Shown here: piece by piece, positions 50,501 to 63,550 of the stretch | Position numbering within the stretch: the stretch's first letter is position 1 | Layout: the number at the start of each line of letters is the position of its first letter | From: Patagioenas fasciata | Lineage: Eukaryota | Length of the DNA stretch: 64,000 bases | Direction of reading: 5' to 3' | Assembly: GCF_037038585.1 (NCBI RefSeq) | Contig: NC_092556.1 | Span: forward strand, 514,619 to 578,618 | Program-made: the position numbers and the translations under genes | The notes under the pieces: generated by a model | What the model saw: the letters and a program-made list of their open reading frames with translations, nothing else | What the model was told of the DNA's origin: nothing | Databases searched by the model: none

Positions 50501-53500
50501 GAATTTGAGGGGATTTGAGGGGGAATTTGGAGGGAAAATTTGAGGGGATTTGGGGGGAATTTAGGGGGAATTTGAGGGGAAATTTGGGGGAATTTGAGGG
50601 GAAAATTTGAGGGGGAATTTGGGGGAATTTGGAGGGAAAAATTGAGGGGATTTGGGGGGAAATTTGAGGGGGAATTTGGGGGGAAATTTGAGGGAATTTG
50701 GGAGATTTTGGGGGCAATTTGGGAGGGAAATTTGGGGGAAATTTGAGGGGATTTGGGGGGAAATTTGAGGGGAGAATTTGGGGGAATTTGAGGGGAAATT
50801 TGGGGGATTTGGGGGGAATTTGGGGGGAAAATTTGAGGGGATTTGGGGGGAATTTGGGGGAAATTTCAGGGGGAATTTGGGGGATTTTGGGGGGAATTTG
50901 AGGGGAAATTTGGGGGGAATTTGGGGAAATTTAGGGGAAAATTTGGGGTGAATTTGGGGATTTGAGGCCAGATTTTGAGCCCGAATTTTGGGGTTTTGGG
51001 GCAGATTTTGGGGTCAAATTTTCGGGGACAAATTTGGGGATTTTGGGACAGATTTTGAACCCAAATTTTGGGGCTTAGGGGCAGAATTTTGGGGCCAAAT
51101 TTGGAGATTTTGGGGTTGAATTTTCGGGGCCAAATTTGGGATTTTGGGATCAAATGTTTGGGGACAAATTTGGGGATTTTGGGGCCGATTTTTGGGGTGA
51201 ATTGGGGGGATTTTGGGGGGGATTTTGGGGCACGATTTTGGGGATTTCGGGACAGATTTTGAACCCAAATTTGGGGTTTGGGGGCAGAATTTTGGAGCCA
51301 AATTTTGGGCTTTTTGGGGCAGATTTTGAACCCAAATTTGGGGACTTTGGGGCAGATTTTGGGGTCAAATTTTCGGGGCCAAATTGGGGATTTTGGGGTT
51401 GAAGTTTTGGGGCCAAATTTGGGATTTTGGGGGGGATTTTAGGGTCAAAGTTTCGGGGCCAAATTGGGGATTTTGGGGTTGAATTTTCGGGGCCAAATTT
51501 GGGATTTTGGGGGGGATTTTGGGGTCAAATTTTCGGGGCCAAATTGGGGATTTTGGGGTTGAATTTTTGGGGCCAAATTTGGGATTTTGGGGGGGATTTT
51601 GGGGTCAAATTTTCGGGGCCAAATTTGGAGATTTTGGGGTTGAACTTTTGGGGCCAAATTTGGGATTTTGGGGCAGATTTTGAACCCAAATTTTGGGCTT
51701 TTGGGGCAGAATTTTTGGGACAAATTTGGGGATTTTGGGGTTGAATTTTCGGGGCCAAATTTGGGATTTTGGGATCAAATTTTTGGGGATAAATTTGGGA
51801 TTTTGGGCCAGATTTTTGGGGACAAATTTGGGGATTTAGGGGTCGATTTTGGGGGCACAATTTTGGGGATTTCGGGACAGATTTTGAACCCAAATTTTGG
51901 GCTTTTGGGGCAGAATTTTGGGGAGAAATTTGGGGATTTTGGGGTCAAATTTTCGGGGCCAAATTGGGGATTTTGGGGTTGAACTTTTGGGGCCAAATTT
52001 GGGATTTTGGGGGGGATTTTGGGGTCAAATTTTTGGGGCCAAATTTGGAGATTTTGGGGTTGAACTTTTGGGGCCAAATTTGGGATTTTGGGGCAGATTT
52101 TGACCCCAAATTTTGGGCTTTTGGGGCAGAATTTTGGGGAGAAATTTGGGGATTTTGGGGTTGAATTTTCGGGGCCAAATTTGGGATTTTGGGATCAAAT
52201 TTTTGGGGATAAATTTGGGATTTTGGGCCAGATTTTTGGGGACAAATTTGGGGATTTAGGGGCCGATTTTGGGGGGCACAATTTTGGGGATTTCGGGACA
52301 GATTTTGAACCCAAATTTTGGGCTTTTGGGGCAGAATTTTGGGGAGAAATTTGGGGATTTTGGGGTCAAATTTTCGGGGCCAAATTTGGGGATTTTGGGG
52401 CCGATTTTTGGGGTAAATGGGGGGGATTTTGGGGGGGATTTTGGGGTGAATTGGGGGGATTTTGGGGTGGATTTGGGGGCACAATTTTGGGGATTTCGGG
52501 ACAGATTTCAACCCAAATTTGGGATTTTGGGGGGAATTTTGGGGTCAAATTTTCGGGGCCAAATTGGGGATTTGGGGGTTGAAGTTTTGGGGCCAAATTT
52601 GGGATTTTGGGGCAGATTTTGGGGTCAAATTTTTGGGGCCAAATTGGGGATTTGGGGGTTGAATTTTTGGGGCCAAATTTGGGATTTTGGGGGGGATTTT
52701 GGGGTCAAATTTTCAGGGCCAAATTTGGAGATTTTGGGGTTGAACTTTTGGGGCCAAATTTGGGATTTTGGGACAGATTTTGAACCCAAATTTTGGGCTT
52801 TTGGGGCAGAATTTTTGGGACAAATTTGGGGATTTTGGGGTTGAATTTTCGGGGCCAAATTTGGGATTTTGGGATCAAATTTTTGGGTATAAATTTGGGA
52901 TTCTGGGCCAGATTTTTGGGGACAAATTTGGGGATTTAGGGGTCGATTTTGGGGGGCACAATTTTGGGGATTTCGGGACAGATTTTGAACCCAAATTTTG
53001 GGCTTTTGGGGCAGAATTTTGGGGAGAAATTTGGGGGTTTTGGGGTCAAATTTTCGGGGCCAAATTGGGGATTTTGGGGTTGAACTTTTGGGGCCAAATT
53101 TGGGATTTTGGGGGGGATTTTGGGGTCAAATTTTTGGGGCCAAATTTGGAGATTTTGGGGTTGAACTTTTGGGGCCAAATTTGGGATTTTGGGGCAGATT
53201 TTGACCCCAAATTTTGGGCTTTTGGGGCAGAATTTTGGGGAGAAATTTGGGGATTTTGGGGTTGAATTTTCGGGGCCAAATTTGGGATTTTGGGATCAAA
53301 TTTTTGGGGATAAATTTGGGCTTTTGGGCCAGATTTTTGGGGACAAATTTGGGGATTTAGGGGCCGATTTTGGGGGGCACAATTTTGGGGATTTCGGGAC
53401 AGATTTTGAACCCAAATTTTGGGCTTTTGGGGCAGAATTTTGGGGAGAAATTTGGGGATTTTGGGGTCAAATTTTCGGGGCCAAATTTGGGGATTTTGGG

Positions 53501-53940
53501 GCCGATTTTTGGGGTAAATGGGGGGGATTTTGGGGGGCATTTTGGGGTGGATTTGGGGGCACAATTTTGGGGATTTCGGGACAGATTTTGAACCCAAATT
53601 TGGGATTTTGGGGGGGATTTTGACCCCATATTTTGGGCTTTTGGGGCAGAATTTTTGGGAGAAATTTGGGGATTTTGGGGTCAAAATTTCGGGGCCAAAT
53701 TGGGGATTTTGGGGTTGAAGTTTTGGGGCCAAAATTGGGATTTTGGGGCAGATTTTGAACCCAAATTTTGGGCTTTTGGGGCAGAATTTTGGGGCCAAAT
53801 TTTGGACTTTTTGGGCAGATTTCGAACCCAAATTTGGGGATTTTGGGGTCAAATTTTCGGGGCCAAATTTGGGGATTTGGGGCTGATTTTTGGGGTAAAC
53901 GGGGGGGATTTTGGGGTGGATTTTGGGGTGAATTGGGGGG
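47560..53940. repeat. Two consecutive G-rich minisatellite arrays (gggggaatttggggggaatttgaggggatttgg family to ~50950, then ggggccaaatttgggattttgggg family) in the last PRODH-like intron
   Basis: Direct reading. The arrays are G-rich on the plus strand, with GGGG runs every 4-8 nt. Confidence 0.9.
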
Positions 53941-53956
53941 ATTTTGGGTCCCCAAC

Positions 53957-54061
53957 CGTTGCGTCGCCTGCAGCACCGAGGCCTCGTTGTGAGTGGCCAC
54001 CATGAGCTCCGCCCCCTCCCCGGCGACCAATCCCAGCGCCAGCTCCAGGCACCGCCCGTAG
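53957..54061 (-). CDS. PRODH2: PRODH2-like penultimate exon in window
   Basis: Acceptor gtcacgtgcccccag|C. Encodes (S)YGRCLELALGLVAGEGAELMVATHNEASVLQATQ(R). Donor CAACG|gttggg (weak). Matches human PRODH YHRCLDYVLEELKHNAKAKVMVASHNEDTVRFALRR. Confidence 0.7.
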
Positions 54062-55560
54062 CTGGGGGCACGTGACCCATAGATCCCGCCCCATAGATCC
54101 CCAGCCCCATAGATCCCGACCCATAGACCCATAGACCCCTCCCAACCCCATAGACCCATAGATCCCGCCCCATAGATCCCCAGCCCCATAGATCCCGCCC
54201 CATAGACCCATAGACCCCCCCAGCCCCATAGACCCATAGACCCCCCCAGCCCCATAGACCCATAGACCCCCCCAGCCCCATAGACCCATAGACCCCCCCC
54301 AACCCCATAGACCCATAGACCCCCCCAGCCCCATAGATCCCACCCCATAGACCCATAGACCCCTCCCAACCCCATAGACCCATAGATCCCGCCCCATAGA
54401 TCCCCAGCCCCATAGATCCCGCCCCATAGACCCATAGACCCCTCCCAGCCCCATAGACCCATAGACCCCCCCCAGCCCCATAGACCCCGCCCCATAGACC
54501 CATAGACCCCTCCCAGCCCCATAGACCCCGCCCCATAGACCCATAGACCCCTCCCAGCCCCATAGACCCATAGACCCATAGATTCTGCCCCATAGACCCC
54601 CCCAGCCCCATAGACCCTGCCCCATAGACCCATAGACCCCTCCCAGCCCCATAGACCCCGCCCCATAGACCCATAGACCCCCCCAGCCCCATAGACCCTG
54701 CCCCATAGACCCATAGACCCCTCCCAGCCCCATAGACCCATAGACCCCTCCCAACCCCATAGACCCCCCCCAGCCCCATAGACCCTGCCCCATAGACCCA
54801 TAGACCCCTCCCAGCCCCATAGACCCTGCCCCATAGACCCATAGACCCCCCCCAACCCCATAGACCCATAGACCCCCCCAGCCCCATAGACCCTGCTCCA
54901 TAGACCCATAGACCCCTCCTAGCCCCATAGATCCCGCCCCATAGACCCATAGACCCCTCCCAGCCCCATAGACCCATAGACCCCCCCAGCCTCATAGATC
55001 CCGCCCCATAGACCCATAGACCCCTCCCAGCCCCATAGGCCCATAGACCCCCCCCAGCCCCATAGATCCTGCCCCATAGACCCATAGACCCCCCCAGCCC
55101 CAGAGACCCTGCCCCATAGACCCACAGACCCCCCCAGCCCCATAGACCCATAGACCCCCCCAGCCCCATAGATCCATAGACCCACAGCCCCATAGATCCA
55201 TACACTCATAGACCCTCCCAGCCCCATAGATCCCGCCCCATAAACCCTCAGCCCCATAGATCCCAACCCACAGATCCCACCTCATAGACCCCCAGCCCCA
55301 TAGATCCCACCCCATAGACCCATAGACCCCCAGTCCCATAGATCCATAGACCCATAGATCCTGCCCCATAGACCCCACCAGCCCCATAGATCCCGCCCCA
55401 TAGACCCCCAGCCCCATAGATTCTGACCCATAGAACTCCCAGCCCCATAGATCCCACTCCATAGATCCCACCCCATAGATTCCACCCCATAGACCCCCCA
55501 GCCCCATAGATCCCACCCCATAGACCCCCAGCCCCATAGATCCCACCCCACAGCTCCCAC
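54062..55560. repeat. Tandem repeat (cccatagacccatagacccc(t/c)cccagccccatagaccc family) in a PRODH-like intron
   Basis: Direct reading. Confidence 0.85.
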
Positions 55561-55751
55561 TTCCCCCCCCATTTCCCACCCCAAACGCCCCCCATTTCTC
55601 CCCCGATCGCCCCCATTTTCGCCCCCCACCCCCCCCCGATCCCGCCCCATAGATCCCGCCCCATAGATCCCACCCCATAGATCCCGCCCCATAGATCCCA
55701 CCCCATAGATCCCACCCCATAGATCCCGCCCCATAGATCCCGCCCCACAAC

Positions 55752-55900
55752 CTGCGGTGGGTGGCGTCGGCCGTGGGGTGGATCCGCGCCCCTCCCCCCG
55801 CTCTGCGCTCGCTTTCCAAGTAGGCCCCGCGCACCAATTTCACCCCGAACCGCGACCCACGGAGCGCGGCCGCCGAGCCCCACAGACGCTCTGGGGCGCC
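55752..55900 (-). CDS. PRODH2: PRODH2-like exon (catalytic core, VRGAYL motif)
   Basis: Acceptor gatctgtgggtccag|GGC. Encodes [49 protein letters not shown](S). Donor CGCAG|gttgtg. Matches human PRODH ...[44 protein letters not shown]. Confidence 0.75.
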
Positions 55901-57249
55901 CTGGACCCACAGATCCGCGATTTGACCCCAAATCCCAGCTTTTCGGCCCCAAATTCGCCATTTCCAGCCCAAAAATCGCGAATTTCGGCCCAAAATTCGC
56001 CCGGTTAGGCCCAAATTGCATCCAATTAGGCCCAAGATTCATCCATTTAGGCCCCAAATTTCATCAATTTTGACCCCCAAAATCATCAATTTTGACCCAA
56101 AATCATCATTTTTGACCTAAAATTCATCCATTTTGGCACCAAAATCGTGAATTTCGGCCCCAAAATCATAAATTTTGGCCCAAAAATCATCAGTTTAGGC
56201 CCAAATTTCATCCATTTAGGCCCAAGTCTCGTCGATTTAGGCCCAAAAATCATCATTTTAGGCCCCAAATTCGTCCGTTTTGACCCCAAAAATCATCAAT
56301 TTGGACCCAAAATCATCAATTTGGACCCAAAATCATCAATTTTGACCTAAAATTCATTCATTTTGGCCCAAAAATCCTGAATTTTGGCCCAAAATTCGCC
56401 CGGTTAGGCCCAAATTGCATCCAATTAGGCCCAAGATTCATCCATTTAGGCCCCAAATTTCAGCCGTTTTGACCCCAAAAATCATCAATTTTGACCCAAA
56501 ATCATCATTTTTGACCTAAAATCGTAAATTTGGACCTAAAATTCATCCATTTTGGCCCAAAAATCGTGAATTTTGGCCCAAAATTCATCAGTTTAGGCCC
56601 AAATTTCACCCATTTAGGCCCAAATTGCACCCAATTAGGCCAAAGATTCATCCATTTAGGCCCCAAATTTCAGCCGTTTTGACCCCAAAAATCATCAATT
56701 TGGACCCAAAATCATCAATTTTGACCTAAAATTCATCCATTTTGGCCCCAAAATCGTGAATTTCGGCCCCAAAATCATAAATTTTGGCCCAAAAATCATC
56801 AGTTTAGGCCCAAATTTCATCCATTTAGGCCCAAGTCTCGTCGATTTAGGCCCCAAAATCATCAATTTAGGCCCCAAATTTGTCCATTTTGACCCCAAAA
56901 ATCATCAATTTGGACCCTAAATCATCATTTTTGACCTAAAATCGTAAATTTGGACCTAAAATTCATCCATTTTGGCCCCAAAATCGTGAATTTTGGCCCA
57001 AAATTCATCAGTTTAGGCCCAAATTTCACCCATTTAGGCCCAAAAATCATCAATTTAGGCCCCAAATTCGTCCGTTTTGACCCCAAAAATCATCAATTTG
57101 GACCCAAAATTCCTCAATTTCGGACCCAAAATCGTGAATTTCGGCCCCAAATTCATAAATTTCAACCCCAAATTCGTCGATTTTGGCCTCAAAATTCCAC
57201 AATTTTGACCCCAAAAATCCCCTATTTTGACCCCAAAATCCCCAAATTT

Positions 57250-60200
57250 CACCCCAAACCACCTCCCCATCCCCTGCTATGGGGCTGCCCCATAGATCCC
57301 GCCCCACAAGTGACTCCAAAAAGGCCCCAAATCCACCCCAAAACCCCCAATTTCACCCCAAAAAGCCCCAAATTCCACCCCATAGACCCCAAACTCGACC
57401 CCCAGAGGCCGCTATGGGTCGCGCTATGGGGCTGCCCCATAGATCCCGCCCCACAAGTGACTCCAAAAAGGCCCCAAATCGACCCCATAGCCCCCAATTT
57501 CACCCCCCAAAGCCCCAAATTCCACCCCATAGACCCCAAACTCGACCCCCAGAGGCCGCGATGGGTCGCGCTATGGGGCTGCCCCATAGATCCCGCCCCA
57601 CAAGTGACCCCAAAAAGGCCCCAAATCCACCCCAAAACCCCCAATTTCACCCCAAAAAGCCCCAAATTCCACCCCATAGACCCCAAATTCCACCCCCAAA
57701 TGGGTCCCCCTCACAATCTATGGGGCAGCCCCATAGATCCCGCCCCACAAGTGACCCCAAAAAGGCCCCAAATCCACCCCAAAACCCCCAATTTCACCCC
57801 AAAAAGCCCCAAATTCCACCCCATAGACCCCGAATTCCACCCCCAGAGGCCGCTATGGGTCGCGCTATGGGGCAGCCCCATAGATCCCGCCCCACAAGTG
57901 ACCCCAAAAAGGCCCCAAATCCACCCCAAAACCCCCAATTTCACCCCAAAAAGCCCCAAATTCCACCCCATAGACCCCAAATTCCACCCCCAAATGGGTC
58001 CCCTCACAATCTATGGGGCAGCCCCATAGATCCCGCCCCACAAGTGACCCCAAAAAGGCCCCAAATCCACCCCAAAACCCCCAATTTCACCCCAAAAAGC
58101 CCCAAATTCCACCCCATAGACCCCGAACTCCACCCCCAGACGCCGCTATGGGTCGCGCTATGGGGCAGCCCCATAGATCCCGCCCCACAAGTGACCCCAA
58201 AAAGGCCCCAAATCGACCCCAAAACCCCCAATTTCACCCCAAAAAGCCCCAAATTCCACCCCATAGACCCCGAATTCCACCCCCAGAGGCCGCTATGGGT
58301 CGCGCTATGGGGCAGCCCCATAGATCCCGCCCCACAAGTGACCCCAAAAAGGCCCCAAATCCACCCCAAAACCCCCAATTTCACCCCAAAAAGCCCCAAA
58401 TTCCACCCCATAGACCCCGAATTCCACCCCCAAATGGGTCCCCTCACAATCTATGGGGCAGCCCCATAGATCCCGCCCCACAAGTGACTCCAAAAAGGCC
58501 CCAAATCCACCCCATAGGCCCCAATTTCACCCCAAAAAGCCCCAAATTCCACCCCATAGACCCCGAACTCCACCCCCAGAGGCCGCTATGGGTCGCGCTA
58601 TGGGGCTGCCCCATAGATCCCGCCCCACAAGTGACCCCAAAAAGGCCCCAAATCCACCCCAAAACCCCCAATTTCACCCCAAAAAGCCCCAAATTCCACC
58701 CCATAGACCCCGAATTCCACCCCCAAATGGGTCCCTCTCACAATCTATGGGGCAGCCCCATAGATCCCGCCCCACAAGTGACCCCAAAAAGGCCCCAAAT
58801 CCACCCCAAAACCCCCAATTTCACCCCAAAAAGCCCCAAATTCCATCCCATAGACCCCGAACTCCACCCCCGGAGGCCGCTATGGGTCGCGCTATGGGGC
58901 AGCCCCATAGATCCCGCCCCACAAGTGACCCCAAAAAGGCCCCAAATCCACCCCAAAACCCCCAATTTCACCCCAAAAAGCCCCAAATTCCACCCCATAG
59001 ACCCCAAATTCCACCCCCGGAGGCCGCTATGGGTCGCGCTATGGGGCAGCCCCATAGATCCCGCCCCACAAGTGACCCCAAAAAGGCCCCAAATCCACCC
59101 CAAAACCCCCAATTTCACCCCAAAAAGCCCCAAATTCCACCCCATAGACCCCGAATTCCACCCCCAAATGGGTCCCTCTCACAATCTATGGGGCAGCCCC
59201 ATAGATCCCGCCCCACAAGTGACCCCAAAAAGGCCCCAAATCCACCCCAAAACCCCCAATTTCACCCCCAGAAAGCCCCAAATTCCACCCCATAGACCCC
59301 GAATTCCACCCCCAAATGGATCCCCCTCACAATCTATGGGGCAGCCCCATAGATCCCGCCCCACAAGTGACTCCAAAAAGGCCCCAAATCCACCCCAAAA
59401 CCCCCCAAAAACCCCAATTTCACCCCAAAATGGCTCCTCCTTGCATTCTATGGGTCCTGCTCCCCCCCGCTATGGGGCTGCCCCATAGATCCCGCCCCAC
59501 AAGTGACCCCAAAAAGGCCCCAAATCCACCCCAAAACCCCCAATTTCACCCCAAAAAGCCCCAAATTCCACCCCATAGACCCCGAACTCCACCCCCAGAG
59601 GCCGCTATGGGTCGCGCTATGGGGCAGCCCCATAGATCCCGCCCCACAAGTGACCCCAAAAAGGCCCCAAATCGACCCCAAAACCCCCCAAAAACCCCAA
59701 TTTCACCCCAAAATGGCTCCTCCTTGCATTCTATGGGTCCCGCTCCCCCCCGCTATGGGGCTGCCCCATAGATCCCGCCCCACAAGTGACTCCAAAAAGG
59801 CCCCAAATCCACCCCAAAACCCCCAATTTCACCCCAAAAAGCCCCAAATTCCACCCCATAGACCCCGAACTCCACCCCCGGAGGCCGCTATGGGTCGCGC
59901 TATGGGGCAGCCCCATAGATCCCGCCCCACAAGTGACTCCAGAAAGGCCCCAAATCCACCCCAAAACCCCCCAAAATCCCCAATTTCACCCCAAAATGGC
60001 TCCTCCTTGCATTCTATGGGTCCCGCTCCCCCCCGCTATGGGGCTGCCCCATAGATCCCGCCCCACAAGTGACCCCAAAAAGGCCCCAAATCCACCCCAA
60101 AACCCCCAATTTCACCCCAAAAAGCCCCAAATTCCACCCCATAGACCCCGAATTCCACCCCCAAATGGGTCCCCCTCACAATCTATGGGGCAGCCCCATA

Positions 60201-61800
60201 GATCCCGCCCCACAAGTGACCCCAAAAAGGCCCCAAATCCACCCCAAAACCCCCAATTTCACCCCAAAAAGCCCCAAATTCCACCCCATAGACCCCAAAT
60301 TCCACCCCCAAATGGGTCCCGCTCACAATCTATGGGGCAGCCCCATAGATCCCGCCCCACAAGTGACCCCAAAAAGGCCCCAAATCCACCCCAAAACCCC
60401 CAATTTCACCCCAAAAAGCCCCAAATTCCACCCCATAGACCCCGAACTCGACCCCCAGAGGCCGCTATGGGTCGCGCTATGGGGCAGCCCCATAGATCCC
60501 GCCCCACAAGTCACTCCATGAAGGCCCCAAATCCACCCCAAAACCCCCAATTTCACCCCAAAAAGCCCCAAATTCCACCCCATAGACCCCGAATTCCACC
60601 CCCAAATGGGTCCCCCTCACAATCTATGGGGCAGCCCCATAGATCCCGCCCCACAAGTGACCCCAAAAAGGCCCCAAATCCACCCCAAAACCCCCAATTT
60701 CACCCCAAAAAGCCCCAAATTCCACCCCATAGACCCCGAACTCGACCCCCAGAGGCCGCTATGGGTCGCGCTATGGGGCAGCCCCATAGATCCCGCCCCA
60801 CAAGTGACCCCAAAAAGGCCCCAAATCCACCCCAAAACCCCCAATTTCACCCCCAAAAAGCCCCAAATTCCACCCCATAGACCCCAAATTCCACCCCCAA
60901 ATGGGTCCCTCTCACAATCTATGGGGCAGCCCCATAGATCCCGCCCCACAAGTGACCCCAAAAAGGCCCCAAATCCACCCCAAAACCCCCAATTTCACCC
61001 CAAAAAGCCCCAAATTCCACCCCATAGACCCCGAATTCCACCCCCAAATGGGTCCCCCTCACAATCTATGGGGCAGCCCCATAGATCCCGCCCCACAAGT
61101 GACCCCAAAAAGGCCCCAAATCCACCCCAAAACCCCCAATTTCACCCCAAAAAGCCCCAAATTCCACCCCATAGACCCCGAACTCCACCCCCAGAGGCCG
61201 CTATGGGTCGCGCTATGGGGCAGCCCCATAGATCCCGCCCCACAAGTGACCCCAAAAAGGCCCCAAATCCACCCCAAAACCCCCAATTTCACCCCAAAAA
61301 GCCCCAAATTCCACCCCATAGACCCCGAATTCCACCCCCAAATGGGTCCCTCTCACAATCTATGGGGCAGCCCCATAGATCCCGCCCCACAAGTGACCCC
61401 AAAAAGGCCCCAAATCCACCCCAAAACCCCCAATTTCACCCCAAAAAGCCCCAAATTCCACCCCATAGACCCCGAACTCCACCCCCGGAGGCCGCTATGG
61501 GTCGCGCTATGGGGCAGCCCCATAGATCCCGCCCCACAAGTGACCCCAAAAAGGCCCCAAATCCACCCCAAAACCCCCAATTTCACCCCAAAAAGCCCCA
61601 AATTCCACCCCATAGACCCCGAATTCCACCCCCAAATGGGTCCCTCTCACAATCTATGGGGCAGCCCCATAGATCCCGCCCCACAAGTGACCCCAAAAAG
61701 GCCCCAAATCCACCCCAAAACCCCCAATTTCACCCCCAAAAGCCCCAAATTCCACCCCATAGACCCCGAACTCCACCCCCGGAGGCCGCTATGGGTCGCG
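57250..61800. repeat. ~145-bp higher-order tandem repeat, ~30 copies, two alternating subvariants (ctatggggcagccccatagatcccgccccacaagtgaccccaaaaaggccccaaatccaccccaaaacccccaatttcaccccaaaaagccccaaattccaccccatagaccccgaa...) in a PRODH-like intron
   Basis: Direct reading. Subvariants end either ...ttccacccccaaatgggtccccctcacaat or ...ctccacccccagaggccgctatgggtcgcg. An AT-richer ~100-bp repeat occupies 55930-57250. Confidence 0.85.
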
Positions 61801-61821
61801 CTATGGGGCAGCCCCACGGAC

Positions 61822-61968
61822 CCGCCTGTAGGCCTGGATGGTGCCCCAGACCCACGGCCGCTCCGGGTTGTGGCGCCGCGCGAGCGCCCAGGTCACCGTG
61901 GCCAATGGGGGGTCCAGGGCGCTGAGCTCGGCGTCCAATAGGAGGCGGACGCCCCGCCCCACGGCGGC
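61822..61968 (-). CDS. PRODH2: PRODH2-like exon
   Basis: Acceptor ccaccgaccaatcccag|GCC. Encodes [49 protein letters not shown]. Donor CAGGCGG|gtccgt. Matches human PRODH [48 protein letters not shown]. Confidence 0.75.
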
Positions 61969-61979
61969 CTGGGATTGGT

Positions 61980-63440
61980 CGGTGGGGGAGCAGAGGGGGC
62001 AATGGGAGACGGTGACCCATAGAGACCCATAGAGACCCATAGAGACCATAGAGACCCATAGGGACCCATAGAGACCCATAGGGACCCATAGAGACCCATA
62101 GAGACCCATAGGGACCCATAGGGACCCATAGGGACCCATAGAGACCCATAGAGACCCATAGGGACCCATAGAGACCATAGAGACCATAGAGACCCATAGA
62201 GACCATAGAGACCCATAGGGACCCATAGAGACCATAGAGACCATAGAGACCCATAGAGACCATAGAGACCCATAGAGACCATAGAGACCCATAGGGACCC
62301 ATAGAGACCCATAGAACGCCATAGAGACCCATAGAGACACATAGGGACCCATAGGGACCCATAGAGACCCATAGAGACCCATAGAGACCCATAGGGACCC
62401 ATAGAGACCCATAGAGACCCATAGAGACCCATAGGGACCCATAGAGACCCATAGAGACCCATAGGGACCATAGAGACCCATAGAGACCATAGAGACCCAT
62501 AGGGACCCATAGAGACCCATAGGGACCCATAGGGACCCATAGGGACCCATAGAGACCCATAGAAGACCATAGAGACCTATAGAGACCCATAGAGACCATA
62601 GAGACCCATAGAGACCCATAGAGACCCATAGGGACCCATAGGGACCCATAGAGACCCATAGGGACCATAGAGACCCATAGGGACCCATAGAGACCCATAG
62701 AGACCCATAGGGACCCATAGAGACCCATAGGGACCCATAGAGACCCATAGAGACCATAGAGACCCATAGAGACCATAGAGACCATAGAGACCATAGAGAC
62801 CCATAGGGACCCATAGAGACCCATAGAGACCATAGAGACCCATAGAGACCCATAGAGACCCATAGGGACCCATAGAACCCCATAGAGACCCATAGAGACC
62901 ATAGAGACCCATAGAGACCCATAGGGACCCATAGAACCCCATAGAGACCCATAGGGACCCATAGAGACCCATAGGGACCCATAGGGACCCATAGAGACCC
63001 ATAGAACCCCATAGAGACCATAGAGACCCATAGAGACCCATAGAGACCCATAGGGACCATAGAGACCCATAGAGACCCATAGAGACCCATAGAGACCATA
63101 GAGACCCATAGGGACCATAGAGACCCATAGAGACCATAGAGACCCATAGAGACCCATAGGGACCCATAGGGACCCATAGAGACCCATAGAGACCATAGGG
63201 ACCCATAGAGACCCATAGGGACCCATAGAACCCCATAGAGACCCATAGAGACCCATAGGGACCCATAGAACCCCATAGAGACCCATAGAGACCCATAGGG
63301 ACCCATAGAACCCCATAGAGACCCATAGAGACCATAGTGACCCATAGGGACCCATAGAGACCCATAGGGACCCATAGGGACCCATAGAGACCCATAGGGA
63401 CCCATAGGGACCCATAGAGCCCCATAGCTCCCACCCAGCC
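61980..63440. repeat. Tandem repeat (gacccatagagacccataggg family, 10-11 bp units) in a PRODH-like intron
   Basis: Direct reading. Confidence 0.9.
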
Positions 63441-63469
63441 CCATAGCTCCTGCCCCATAGATCTCTCAC

Positions 63470-63550
63470 CTTGGCCACCTCCTCAAGGCGCCTCAGCGCG
63501 ACCCCCAAGTGCCGGTTCTGGTTGGGGGTCAGAGCGGGAAGAGCCGCCTC
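63470..63550 (-). CDS. PRODH2: PRODH2-like exon (5'-most in window; gene continues beyond 64000)
   Basis: Acceptor catcccccccacag|GAG. Encodes EAALPALTPNQNRHLGVALRRLEEVAK. Donor GCCAAG|gtgaga. Matches human PRODH ...EEEELQMTRMLQRMDVLAKK. It is directly consecutive with exon 61822..61968 in the protein alignment. Confidence 0.65.
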